A stretch of DNA of 24,000 nucleotides from Pelobacter propionicus DSM 2379 (lineage in GTDB: Bacteria > Desulfobacterota > Desulfuromonadia > Geobacterales > Pseudopelobacteraceae): the NCBI RefSeq assembly GCF_000015045.1, contig NC_008609.1, positions 1,209,344 through 1,233,343 of the forward strand, read 5' to 3'. Below the pieces are notes generated by a model. That model saw nothing but the letters and a program-made list of their open reading frames with translations. It was not told where the DNA came from and did no database searches. The translations under genes were made by a program, and so were the position numbers. Shown piece by piece: positions 1 to 8,509 of the stretch. Every line of letters starts with the position of its first letter. Position 1 is the stretch's first letter.

Positions 1-1020
1 GTTCTCCGCGTACATGTCCTCGCTGTAGCGCAGAGTGGCGTTCAGGGCGTAATGCTGCCAGGTCTTGAGGGCATTGACGATGGTGGCGTTGTACTGGCGG
101 TTGTAGTCGCCGCTCTTGACGCCGAAATCATCCAGGAAATCGCGGTCGGTGGTCAGGTTGATGGAGGTGCGCAGGTTCATGTCCGGCGAGAAGATCTCGC
201 GGTGCGTCTGGGCTATTTGGCCGCGCCAGCGACTATCCTTGGTGTCGTAGATCAGGTAGCCGTACATGGTGCCTTCGCTGCCGCGCTTGCGCAGGTAGCG
301 GTAATCCACTCCCAGGCCGACTCCCCGTTTGCTCATCATGTCCAGGTCGAAGGTGGCGTCCTGGCTGGGGGAGATGACCCAGTAGAGGGGGATGTCCAGT
401 TGCGCCCCGCGCTTCGTGGAATAACCGACGCGGGGGAAGAGCAGGCCGGACTTCTTCTCCCCCGAGGCGGGAAAAGCCATCCAGGGGACGTACATGACCG
501 GGGTGTCCCTGATGTAGAAGACCAGGTTCCTGCCGATGGCATACCCCTTCGGATTCACCTCCAAATGTTCGGCGGAAAACTTCCAGCTGGGGTCGGGGAG
601 TTCGCAGGTGGTCATCTCGGTGTTACTGAGGGTGAGGGTGCCGTCGTCGTTGCGGACGATTCTGTCGCCAGTGAGCGTCATGTTGGAGTCGGCCACGCCG
701 GCGACAGCGTGGTTCAGTTCGCCCCGTCCGCTGGCCATGTCCCAGGTCGCCTTGTCGCCCCGCAGGGTGTCCTCGCCCTTGGTGATGACCACATCCTCGT
801 AGGCGGTGAGTATCCTGGTCTCGCGGTTGTAGGTGGCGCGGCGGGCGGTCATGGTCATGCCGCCCCACTCCATCCTGACGTTGCCGTCGGCCGAGACGCT
901 GTCATCGGCCTGGTTGTGGGTCATGGCGTCGGCCCTGATGGTTATGTCATCTTCGGCGTGGCAGGTTCCCGCGTGAAGCAGCAGGCAGGCGAGTAGTATC
1001 AGTAAACGTTTGATTTTCAT
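1..1020 (-). CDS. lptD: LPS-assembly outer membrane protein LptD (OstA family), first 340 codons; the gene continues past the left edge
   Basis: Absent from the ORF track because it has no stop in the window. The reverse complement of 1..1020 is one open frame from ATG at 1020-1018. It begins MKIKRLLILLACLLLHAGTCHA (signal peptide). An OstA-like N-domain follows (ITIRADAMTHNQADDSVSADGNVRMEW...LRGDKATWDM). Next come TTCELPDPSWKF...VMYVPWMAFPASGEKKSGLLFPRVGYSTKRGAQLDIPLYWVISPSQD, the pattern I recognise from LptD. Confidence 0.85.
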   Translation of the reverse strand, partial: MKIKRLLILLACLLLHAGTCHAEDDITIRADAMTHNQADDSVSADGNVRMEWGGMTMTARRATYNRETRILTAYEDVVITKGEDTLRGDKATWDMASGRGELNHAVAGVADSNMTLTGDRIVRNDDGTLTLSNTEMTTCELPDPSWKFSAEHLEVNPKGYAIGRNLVFYIRDTPVMYVPWMAFPASGEKKSGLLFPRVGYSTKRGAQLDIPLYWVISPSQDATFDLDMMSKRGVGLGVDYRYLRKRGSEGTMYGYLIYDTKDSRWRGQIAQTHREIFSPDMNLRTSINLTTDRDFLDDFGVKSGDYNRQYNATIVNALKTWQHYALNATLRYSEDMYAEN

Positions 1021-1033
1021 GAGTTGGACGATC

Positions 1034-2311
1034 CTATCCCCGGATTCCTTCAAATCTGTGTCCCGTCAATGCGGCCATAGCTTCACCCACGGTGAACAGG
1101 GAACCGCATATCAGGATCAGGTCTTGGCTGTGGGCCTCGTTCCGTGCCGCCGCGATTCCGTCGGCCACGCCGCCGGAGGCAAGTGCCTCCACGCCCAGTC
1201 CCGCCAGGAGCCGTGCCAGTTCCGTATCGTCCAGGGCGCGCTCCATGGACGGGGTGACGCAGTAGCCTCTGGTCACCAGCGGCGCCAGGGGGGCCATGAT
1301 GGCATGCACGTCCTTGTCGGCCATGACCCCCGCCACCAGCAGCAGCCGGTCGTAGCAATAGTCTCCCAGTGCCTCCGCCAGGGCCTGGGCGCCGGCCTGG
1401 TTGTGGGCCCCGTCCAGCAGCAGCCGGGGAGGGCCGGGGATCAGCTCCATGCGTCCCGGCCAACTTGCCTGCGCCAGGCCGGAGGCCATGGCACTGGCCG
1501 GTACCGTTATGCCCATCCCGTCCAACGTCTCGGCGGCGGCCAGGGCCAGTGAAGCGTTCTCCGCCTGGTAGCGTCCCGGGATGCCGGGGGCAAGCCCCTG
1601 CTGAACGCCGCCCATGCCGCGGTAGTCCAGGCGTCCGGCCCCGCTCCAGCTGGCGCTGAAGTCCGTTCCCCACTGGAAGAGGGGGGATTGGCCGCAGCGG
1701 CAGAAGGAGCGGATAGTGTCGCCCACCGTTGTTGTCTGGCGGGAGACGAGCACCGGCGTGCCCGGTTCGATGATGGCGCTCTTCTCGGCGGCGATCCTCT
1801 CCAGGCTGCCACCCAGGTAGTCGCAGTGGTCCAGGGAGATGGGGGTCATGAGCGTCATCATGCCGGCCAGGGCTGCCGTGGCATCGGAGCCACCTCCCAT
1901 GCCTGCCTCCATTACGGCCAGCTCGATCCGCTCTTCGGCGAACAGCAGGGCCGCCAGGGCGGTGACGATCTCGAAAAAGGTGGCGTCGTCGGGCGCCCGG
2001 GAGAGCACCCGCTCCAGATGCGCGGCCAGCAGTTCATCCCCCGGTTCCCGGCCATTGACGCGGAAGCGCTCCCTGAAGTGGATCAGGTGGGGTGAGGTGA
2101 AAAGGGCGCTGCGGTGGCCGGCCGCTGTCAGTATGGACGAGAGAAAGGCGGCTGTGGAGCCCTTGCCGTTGGTGCCGACGACGTGGATGCTGCGAAAAGC
2201 CTGCTCGGGGTTGCCCAGCCGGTCCAGCAGGGTGCGGACCCTCTGGATGCCGGGCCGGATGCCGAACCTGCGGCGGGCGTAGAGCCTCTCCAGGGTTTCG
2301 GCCAGGGGCAT
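1034..2311 (-). CDS. folC: bifunctional folylpolyglutamate synthase / dihydrofolate synthase
   Basis: 425-aa ORF with a Mur-ligase type P-loop (VVGTNGKGSTAAF) and FolC-like layout. It lies 1 nt downstream of accD, matching the classical accD-folC arrangement. Confidence 0.9.
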   Translation of the reverse strand: MPLAETLERLYARRRFGIRPGIQRVRTLLDRLGNPEQAFRSIHVVGTNGKGSTAAFLSSILTAAGHRSALFTSPHLIHFRERFRVNGREPGDELLAAHLERVLSRAPDDATFFEIVTALAALLFAEERIELAVMEAGMGGGSDATAALAGMMTLMTPISLDHCDYLGGSLERIAAEKSAIIEPGTPVLVSRQTTTVGDTIRSFCRCGQSPLFQWGTDFSASWSGAGRLDYRGMGGVQQGLAPGIPGRYQAENASLALAAAETLDGMGITVPASAMASGLAQASWPGRMELIPGPPRLLLDGAHNQAGAQALAEALGDYCYDRLLLVAGVMADKDVHAIMAPLAPLVTRGYCVTPSMERALDDTELARLLAGLGVEALASGGVADGIAAARNEAHSQDLILICGSLFTVGEAMAALTGHRFEGIRG

Positions 2312-2312
2312 C

Positions 2313-3167
2313 TCAGGCAGCGGGGCGGTACAGTATGCCGAGGATCGAGGCCAGTTTGGCGCGCATCTCCGTGCGGGGGACGATCACGTCCAGCATGCCG
2401 TGCTCCAGCAGGTATTCGGCGCGCTGGAAGCCGTCGGGCAGCTTCTGGCGCAGGGTCTGCTCGATGACCCGCGGCCCGGCGAAGCCGATCAACGCCTTCG
2501 GTTCAGCGATGTTGATGTCCCCCAGCATGGCGAAACTGGCGGTGACGCCGCCGGTGGTGGGATCGGTCAGGATGGAGATGAACGGGAGGCCGGCATCCTT
2601 CAGTTTTGCCAGTGCCGCCGAGGTCTTGGCCATCTGCATCAGGGAGAGGATGCTCTCCTGCATGCGGGCGCCGCCCGAGGCGGAGACGATGATCACCGGC
2701 TGGCGCTTCTGCACGCCTCGTTCGATGGCGCGGGTGATCTTTTCACCCACCACGCTCCCCATGCTGCCCCCCATGAATGAGAAGTCGAACACGGCAACCT
2801 GTACGGCGGTCCCCTCGATGCTTCCCTCCACGCAGACCACGGCATCCCGAGAGCCCCCCTTGGAGAGGGCGCTGTCGATGCGCTCCTGGTAACTCTTAGA
2901 GTCCTTGAACTGGAGGAAGTCCACCGATGTCATACCGCTGTCCAGCTCCTGCCAGGTCGCTGCGTCCAGCAGGGACTCCAGGCGGCGACGTGCGCCGATG
3001 CGGTGGTGGTGTCCGCACGTGGGACAGACATTCAGATTGGCATCCAGATCTTTGGCGAGCAGGGTGGCGGAACAACCGGGGCATTTGACCCACATCCCCT
3101 GGGGTACCCTGCTTTTTTTGATCTGTGTCCTGTTGATGCCTGCTCTTTCCCTGTGGAACCAGCTCAT
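2313..3167 (-). CDS. accD: acetyl-CoA carboxylase carboxyltransferase beta subunit
   Basis: N-terminal zinc ribbon CPGCSATLLAKDLDANLNVCPTCGHH followed by a carboxyltransferase domain (GGSMGSVVGEKI...SASGGARMQE). I start it at ATG 3167 (MSWFHRE...). The track's start at 3251 would add 28 non-conserved residues. Confidence 0.9.
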   Translation of the reverse strand: MSWFHRERAGINRTQIKKSRVPQGMWVKCPGCSATLLAKDLDANLNVCPTCGHHHRIGARRRLESLLDAATWQELDSGMTSVDFLQFKDSKSYQERIDSALSKGGSRDAVVCVEGSIEGTAVQVAVFDFSFMGGSMGSVVGEKITRAIERGVQKRQPVIIVSASGGARMQESILSLMQMAKTSAALAKLKDAGLPFISILTDPTTGGVTASFAMLGDINIAEPKALIGFAGPRVIEQTLRQKLPDGFQRAEYLLEHGMLDVIVPRTEMRAKLASILGILYRPAA

Positions 3168-3373
3168 GGTCAAATCCTCGATTCTCGTAGTGGTCTGCGA
3201 AAAAAGTTCAAAATAAAAGGACGTGGTAACAGATAAGCCTCTGTCTGTCAAGAAACCTCATATCCGTTCCCATTAGAGTCTTTTCTCTCGTTGCCTGTGC
3301 CACCGGCTCCCCGGCGTACCGCCGTAAACGTCTGCGTCAACCCTATTGCAACGCTTCCCGGGGGGAGGCGGGA

Positions 3374-4177
3374 TCAGGCGGCCCCGCCAGGGATGGCCTG
3401 TCTGAGCGAGGCGACAAAGCGCGTGACTTCCTGGCGGAGCTCTTCTCCGCTGTGGAGTTGGAAGAGTTTGACCAGGGCGCTTCCCACCACGACCCCGTCG
3501 GCCATGGCGGCAACGTCTGCCGCCTGCTGGGGGGTGGAAATGCCGAAGCCGGCCACAATGGGGACGCTGATTTTGGCGCGCACCTTGGCAAGCTCGCCGC
3601 CCAGGGTGGTGGATACCTGCTGGCGTGCTCCGGTGACACCGGTGACCGTCACGTAGTAGACGAAGCCGCGCCCCAGTCGGCCCACGGTGGCGATTCGGCT
3701 GTCGGTGGACGTGGGTGTCAGCAGGAAGGCCACCTGCAGGTCGCGGGCATTGGCATGGTTCAGGAACGACTCCGCCTCCTCGGGGGGCATGTCCACCACC
3801 AGGACGCCGTCAACGCCGGCCTCGGCGGCATCGTTGGCAAAGCGCTCGTAGCCGTAGGCGTGGATCGGATTCAGGTAGCCCATCAGCACGATGGGTACCT
3901 GGCAGCTGCGGCGCACCGCGCGGACCATGGCCAGAATTCTTTCCAGAGTCGTGCTGGCCGCCAGGGCGCGTTCCGATGAGAGCTGGATGGTGGGGCCGTC
4001 GGCCATGGGATCGGAAAAGGGCATGCCCAGTTCGATGATGTCCGCCCCGGCCTGCTGCAGGAGCGGGATCATGGCTTGCGTAGTGGCCAGATCAGGGTCG
4101 CCGGCGGTGATGAAGGTGACCAGCGCCTTTGTGTTGCGCTGCTTGAGTTCGTTGAAGCAGTGGGTGAGTCTGTTCAT
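3374..4177 (-). CDS. trpA: tryptophan synthase alpha subunit
   Basis: Starting at [28 protein letters not shown] gives the same 28-residue spacing to the GDP motif as E. coli Trp[18 protein letters not shown] and GFGIS motifs are present. The track's start at 4213 is a GTG inside the end of the upstream gene with no SD, so ATG 4177 is preferred. Confidence 0.9.
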   Translation of the reverse strand: MNRLTHCFNELKQRNTKALVTFITAGDPDLATTQAMIPLLQQAGADIIELGMPFSDPMADGPTIQLSSERALAASTTLERILAMVRAVRRSCQVPIVLMGYLNPIHAYGYERFANDAAEAGVDGVLVVDMPPEEAESFLNHANARDLQVAFLLTPTSTDSRIATVGRLGRGFVYYVTVTGVTGARQQVSTTLGGELAKVRAKISVPIVAGFGISTPQQAADVAAMADGVVVGSALVKLFQLHSGEELRQEVTRFVASLRQAIPGGAA

Positions 4178-4205
4178 TGTGGTGTCCGTTGCGTGTGGAG
4201 TGGGG

Positions 4206-5960
4206 TTATGCACTGAAGTCCGACAGTTCGCTTCTCAGCAGCCTGATCTGTTCCCCCAGGGCGGTCAGGGAGCCATCCAGTGCCCTGATGTCGTCGCCCG
4301 ACGCGCTGGCTGCCGTCTGGAGCCCTGCCAGGGTGGCGGTGGGCGGTGCGCTGCCCAAGGGGGCGGCTGCAGCGGTATCGCGCAGTTGCCGTATGCCGTT
4401 GGTCAGGCTGCCCGCAGCCTGGAGCGCCAGGGCGCCGCCGTGGCGCTGCTCGCGGGCCAGGGAGTGTATCTGGCTGGTCAGTCCTCCCATGCGCTCCAGC
4501 GTGGCTATGGATAGTTCCGTTAGTTGGCGCTGGTCGCTGGAGGTACGGGCAATTCGTTGCGCCAGTTCGCCGGTGCGCCGCAGGGCATCCATGATGTCCT
4601 GGCTGGTTCGGGCCTGCTCCCTGTCGTTGCGGGTGATGCCGCCCATCTGCAGGACTGCCTGCTGCACGCCGTTGACGATCATTTCCAGCGCCATGCTGGT
4701 GTGTCTGGCGAGCTGCTCGCCCGTTGCGATGAGCTCTTCCACCTGGCTGATGGCGTCCACCGCGCGACGCCCTTCGTCCCGTATGCCGTGGATGATGGCG
4801 GCTATTTCGCGGGTTGAACTGCCGGTCCGTTCCGACAGGTCCCTGATCTCGTCGGCAACGACGCTGAAATCTCTCCCCATGTCGCCGGCCTGGGCGGCGA
4901 TGATGGTGGCGTTCAGTGCCAGAAGGTCGGTCTGTTCGGCCAGTTCCTCGATTACCGAGAGGATGGCGTCCGTGTCCTCTGCCCGTCGGGACAGGCTCGT
5001 TACCGCCTCCGTCGTGGTTGCCGAGGCACCCCTGATGGCTCGCATGGCGTTGATGGCTTCCTGGGCCACGCGTCTGCCGGCATCAGCGTCACGGGTAATC
5101 CCCTCCGCTATGGCCCGGGTCTCCTGGCCGTCCTTCTCGGCCTGCCTGATGGCGGCCTCCATGCGGTTGCAGGACGAGGCGCCTGTTCCGTAAAGGGCCA
5201 GCATATCCGAGATGGCGAGTGCGGAGGTTCTGGCGGCAGCATCCATTCTGTCCGTGGCAGCCCCGATCTCGTCCAGGGAGGCCCCCAGGTTGTCGTTGAT
5301 GGCGGAAATCCGTTCGCTGGCGCTAACCATGGCGCGGGTGCTGTTGCTGCTTGACGATGCTGTCGGCAGCAGGCTCTCCGTGCCGCGGGAAATGTCCTTC
5401 AGGCTCTGCTCCATGCGCGCTATTTCGGGAGCCAGGTGGCGCATGTCCGATTCCTGACGTCGAAAGGAGTGCTCCATGCGGGCGCTGTCAGTCTTCAGTA
5501 CATCGTCAAGGGAGGTCAACGCCCCGCAGATGGCATCGATTGCGGACCGTTGGTGCTGGAGGCGCGCGGCCATGGTGTTCAGGGAAGCGGCGAGAAAGGC
5601 CGTTTCCGTGTTGGCGGCTGTCGCCGGAGGCTCATCGAACCTGCCGTCGCACAATGCCCGCGCCAGGCGGGTACAGGAAGCCAGCGAGCGGGTATGGGAG
5701 CGGGTTATGCCGAACGACAGCCAGGCCACCAGGCCGGTGCCAATCGCTACAGTCAGGATCACCAGCAGGCTGGATGATTCCCCCTCCCTGATCCCCGCGG
5801 CGACCAGGGAGGACAGAACCGCACCATCCCCCTGGGGGAGCGACATCAGACAGATGGCGGCCAGGATCAGGATGGCAGTTGCTGCCGTCAGGAAGAGCAG
5901 AGCCATCTCTGTTCGCAGGGAGTATGCGCGTACGCTGTCAGAAGACGAGATCCACTTCAC
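4206..5960 (-). CDS. methyl-accepting chemotaxis protein with two TM helices, a ~25-aa periplasmic loop, HAMP and a very long (~447 aa) signalling stalk
   Basis: The MCP hairpin-tip region is recognisable: [40 protein letters not shown]1 is [20 protein letters not shown] and TM2 is [21 protein letters not shown]. Start is uncertain. GTG 5960 has AAGGA 9-10 nt upstream and gives a K/R-containing cytoplasmic N-terminus. ATG 5906 is the alternative. The track's TTG at 6044 coincides with a candidate -35 box and follows a terminator, so it is unlikely. Confidence 0.85.
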   Translation of the reverse strand: MKWISSSDSVRAYSLRTEMALLFLTAATAILILAAICLMSLPQGDGAVLSSLVAAGIREGESSSLLVILTVAIGTGLVAWLSFGITRSHTRSLASCTRLARALCDGRFDEPPATAANTETAFLAASLNTMAARLQHQRSAIDAICGALTSLDDVLKTDSARMEHSFRRQESDMRHLAPEIARMEQSLKDISRGTESLLPTASSSSNSTRAMVSASERISAINDNLGASLDEIGAATDRMDAAARTSALAISDMLALYGTGASSCNRMEAAIRQAEKDGQETRAIAEGITRDADAGRRVAQEAINAMRAIRGASATTTEAVTSLSRRAEDTDAILSVIEELAEQTDLLALNATIIAAQAGDMGRDFSVVADEIRDLSERTGSSTREIAAIIHGIRDEGRRAVDAISQVEELIATGEQLARHTSMALEMIVNGVQQAVLQMGGITRNDREQARTSQDIMDALRRTGELAQRIARTSSDQRQLTELSIATLERMGGLTSQIHSLAREQRHGGALALQAAGSLTNGIRQLRDTAAAAPLGSAPPTATLAGLQTAASASGDDIRALDGSLTALGEQIRLLRSELSDFSA

Positions 5961-6015
5961 CGGGCGAGATTCCTTTGTGGAATGAGGGATTGGCACATCC
6001 TGAAGCAGGGAGTGT

Positions 6016-6044
6016 ATCTTACAGAGCGGGCGCTCCGTTATCAA
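6016..6044 (-). promoter_or_regulatory. candidate sigma70 promoter for the MCP(-trpA) transcript
   Basis: The minus strand reads TTGATA (6044-6039), a 17-nt spacer, then TAAGAT (6021-6016), directly after the upstream hairpin/T-tract. By-eye match only. Confidence 0.45.
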
Positions 6045-6045
6045 G

Positions 6046-6067
6046 CAAAAAGCCCCGTCTAGCGGGG
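6046..6067 (-). terminator. candidate intrinsic terminator after the WHy-lipoprotein gene
   Basis: Minus-strand RNA is CCCCG-CUAGA-CGGGG (5-bp GC stem, containing the TAG stop), followed by CUUUUUGCUU. The stem is short, so support is moderate. Confidence 0.4.
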
Positions 6068-6565
6068 AAGGGAGACGATGCCCATCAGCTGATTCAAGTA
6101 ATGGTTTGGTCGGTACTTTTCCGGAACGCTGAAGGTTTTGCTCATGTCCACCGGGATGTCCATCTTTCCCAAGGGGGTGGTTACCAGCAGGCTGGCCTGG
6201 ATCCGGTAGGGTATGCGGTCCAAATCGGGGCGCCGTTTGATGATTTCAAACAGGTCCGCGTACTTGACGCGAATCGGCAGGCGCATGTCGGTCTTTGCCC
6301 CTGCCGGCAGGGTGAGCGGCTGATGGAGCCGGCCGGCAGCCAGCGGCAGGGACATGACCCGCAGGTCGTAGCTGTATCCCTGCAGGGTCAGGTCGTAGGA
6401 ATTGGGGTTGGATATGGCCAGAGCGCACTCGATGTCGGCTCCAGCCGTATCCATGCCAATAATGCTGGTGCGGGTCAGGGAAACATCAGGCTCCTTCAGC
6501 AAGAGCGAACAGCCGCACAGCAGGAGCAGGGGGAACAGCAGGAAACGGAGCAGGCGTGCGGTCAT
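6059..6565 (-). CDS. WHy / LEA_2 (late-embryogenesis-abundant type 2) domain lipoprotein
   Basis: Signal peptide with lipobox (LLLLCGC). The hallmark NPN motif of WHy/LEA_2 domains sits in [19 protein letters not shown]. Size is ~168 aa. Its start overlaps the stop of the upstream gene (ATGA). Confidence 0.7.
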   Translation of the reverse strand: MTARLLRFLLFPLLLLCGCSLLLKEPDVSLTRTSIIGMDTAGADIECALAISNPNSYDLTLQGYSYDLRVMSLPLAAGRLHQPLTLPAGAKTDMRLPIRVKYADLFEIIKRRPDLDRIPYRIQASLLVTTPLGKMDIPVDMSKTFSVPEKYRPNHYLNQLMGIVSLPR

Positions 6566-7209
6566 TGCGTCCGTGTCCCCGGTTCGCCCATGGCCAGGCG
6601 CTCGGTCTGCTGTTCCAGCACCGCCACCATCTCCCGGCGGATCTTCTTGACCTTGCGCAGGTAGTAGTCAGCCTGGGGGCCCTGTCCGCAGTAGAGCCGC
6701 TTGGCCCGCTCCAGGTTGCCCTGGGCCATGCGCAGTTTGCTGCTCAGTTCCCGCACTGCCGCCTCGGCGCATTTTTCGTCGTTCCCCATGTCCGCGGGGA
6801 CATAGCCGTGGCTCCTGGCACGCTGGGGCATGAGCTGCCAGACTCCCAGGGCGCCCCGGGATGATACCGCGGACGACGAGAGTTGGTGGCCGCCGGTTTC
6901 GGCAACCGCAATTTCAGCGAGATCGAAGGGGAGAAAGGGTGTGCCCAGAGTCTTGGTGAAGCAGAGCGCCGCCAGTCGGCGGGCCCGTTCGGGGGTGGTG
7001 TGGCGTTGGAAAGTTGTTTCGATGGCCGAGAGTTGTCGTTTTCGTTCGCTCATGGAGACGCCCTTCTCCAGGAGTCTCTTGATCTCGCGGTCCAGCGGGG
7101 ATTCGGTGGAAACGGTGGCCGCGGGAGGATGCTCGGCTTTCCTGATGGTCGCATTTTCGCAGCCTGCCAGAGACAGCAGGCAGAGCGCATGGATGATAAA
7201 TTTTCTCAT
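6562..7209 (-). CDS. lytic transglycosylase (SLT domain) lipoprotein
   Basis: Lipobox MRKFIIHALCLLSLAGC. SLT-like catalytic region: AEIAVAETGG (Glu), GALGVWQLMP and a later YCGQG motif. Confidence 0.75.
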   Translation of the reverse strand: MRKFIIHALCLLSLAGCENATIRKAEHPPAATVSTESPLDREIKRLLEKGVSMSERKRQLSAIETTFQRHTTPERARRLAALCFTKTLGTPFLPFDLAEIAVAETGGHQLSSSAVSSRGALGVWQLMPQRARSHGYVPADMGNDEKCAEAAVRELSSKLRMAQGNLERAKRLYCGQGPQADYYLRKVKKIRREMVAVLEQQTERLAMGEPGTRTQ

Positions 7210-7341
7210 AATTGGATAAGGGTGGTTGTGTCAGCTTTGCCGGAAGGGCGCGAGCGCCTGGTAAGCAGGAGAAGACTCCCGGCTGGATACTCCTTTCGTG
7301 ATTGATGCCCGCAAAACGCCAAAGTCCCGGTGGACCGAGAC

Positions 7342-7362
7342 TTTGAGTTGGGGTTTGAGTTG
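7342..7362 (-). repeat. tandem direct repeat CAACTCAAA-ccc-CAACTCAAA (minus-strand reading)
   Basis: Plus-strand TTTGAGTTG occurs at 7342-7350 and again at 7354-7362, a 12-nt period. It lies immediately downstream of the candidate -10 box. Confidence 0.6.
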
Positions 7363-7366
7363 TAGC

Positions 7367-7395
7367 CTTATACAGCATCCGGGAATGGATGTCAA
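7367..7395 (-). promoter_or_regulatory. candidate sigma70 promoter for the SLT/WHy lipoprotein operon
   Basis: The minus strand reads TTGACA (7395-7390), a 17-nt spacer, then TATAAG (7372-7367). This implies a ~150-nt leader before ATG 7209. Confidence 0.45.
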
Positions 7396-7398
7396 ATC

Positions 7399-7428
7399 GG
7401 GGCGGTTTTTCGGCTGTAAAACCGCCCG
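7399..7428 (-). terminator. candidate terminator hairpin downstream of cydB
   Basis: GGGCGGTTTT / AAAACCGCCC form a 10-bp stem with an 8-nt loop, 23 nt after the cydB stop. The trailing U-tract is weak (CGAUUUG). Confidence 0.45.
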
Positions 7429-7450
7429 TTTCGCTTGGGCCGGATGGGGC

Positions 7451-8506
7451 TCAATAGGCCTCGGAACTCTCCAGGACATCCTCGCTGGTGACCCGTGCCC
7501 GGAATATGCGGTAGACCCAGGCCTTGTAGGCGATCACGATCGGGACGAAGATCAGCGCAACGCCGGTCATGATCTTCAGGGTCAGCAGGCTGGAGGAGGA
7601 GTTGTAGATGGTCAGGTTGGAGGCCGGGTCGATACTGGAGGGGATCAGGTTGGGGAAAAGTCCGGCAACTCCGGTGTAGCAGACGAAGACGATGGTCAGG
7701 CAGGAGAAGAGAAAGGCCATGTGCAGCCTGTCACGGGAGGCGTAGAGTTTGACCAGAAGCAGGGATGAGACGGCGATGAGCGGGATGATCAGCAGCAGCG
7801 GGCTCTTCAGGTAGTTGTCGTACAGCCGTGTGGCCGGATAGGTTGCGCCCAGGAAGAGCACCGCCACTGCCAGCAGCGGAAACCAGAGCCGGTTGGCCAT
7901 GGCGGCCGCCCGTTGGGAAAGATCTCCGGTGGTCTTGATGGCTGCGTACAGGGAACCGTGGACCGCGAAGAGCATGACGAACAGGATGCCGGTCAGCAGG
8001 CCGTAGGGGTTGAGCAGGGTCAGCAGGGAGCCGTCGTAGGCAAAAATGCTGGCGCTGAAGTCGTTGCGCATGGGGATGCCCTTGAAGATGTTGCCGAAGG
8101 CTACGCCGAAGAGCAGGCTGGGCAGGAAACTGGCGATGGTGATTGCTCTGTCCCAGCCCTTCTTCCAGGAGGGACTGTCGATCTTGCCGCGGAATTCGAA
8201 GGCAACCCCCCGCACGATCAGGGCGAAGAGCAACAGCAGCAGCGCCGTGTAGAGATTGCTGAACATCAGGGCATAGGTGGTGGGAAAGGCGGCGAAGGTC
8301 GCGCCGCCGGCGGTGACCAGCCAGACCTCGTTACCGTCCCATATCGGGCCAACCGTATTGATCAGCACTCTCCGTTCCGTATCGCTCTTTGCCAGGAAGC
8401 CGGACATGAACCCGGTTCCCAGGACAAATCCGTCGGTCATGAAGTAGAAGCTCCAGAGCACGCCCCAGAGAACAAACCAGATGATCTGAAATGCATGTGC
8501 TTCCAT
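7451..8506 (-). CDS. cydB: cytochrome bd ubiquinol oxidase subunit II
   Basis: 351-aa polytopic membrane protein starting MEAHAFQIIWFVLWGVLWSFYFMTDGF..., typical of CydB. It starts 3 nt after the cydA stop. Confidence 0.92.
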   Translation of the reverse strand: MEAHAFQIIWFVLWGVLWSFYFMTDGFVLGTGFMSGFLAKSDTERRVLINTVGPIWDGNEVWLVTAGGATFAAFPTTYALMFSNLYTALLLLLFALIVRGVAFEFRGKIDSPSWKKGWDRAITIASFLPSLLFGVAFGNIFKGIPMRNDFSASIFAYDGSLLTLLNPYGLLTGILFVMLFAVHGSLYAAIKTTGDLSQRAAAMANRLWFPLLAVAVLFLGATYPATRLYDNYLKSPLLLIIPLIAVSSLLLVKLYASRDRLHMAFLFSCLTIVFVCYTGVAGLFPNLIPSSIDPASNLTIYNSSSSLLTLKIMTGVALIFVPIVIAYKAWVYRIFRARVTSEDVLESSEAY

Positions 8507-8509
8507 GGT

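Noticed and set aside
52-996. 314-aa plus-strand ORF from the track
   Set aside because: It is antisense to the clearly recognisable lptD frame. The product is a G/A/V/D-rich low-complexity sequence with no motifs, a typical high-GC shadow ORF.
3168-3373. Promoter or terminator signals in the trpA-accD gap (TTGACA at 3251-3246 on the minus strand; CGCCTCCCCCCGGGAAGCG dyad after the trpA stop)
   Set aside because: The -10 partners (TACCAC/TTACCA) are poor. The dyad has a mismatch and no U-tract. This is not enough support to annotate.
6042-6044. TTG start used by the track for the MCP ORF
   Set aside because: This TTG is the first three bases of a TTGATA -35-like hexamer and directly follows a terminator-like hairpin and T-tract. 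A downstream GTG (5960) or ATG (5906) gives a sensible N-terminus.
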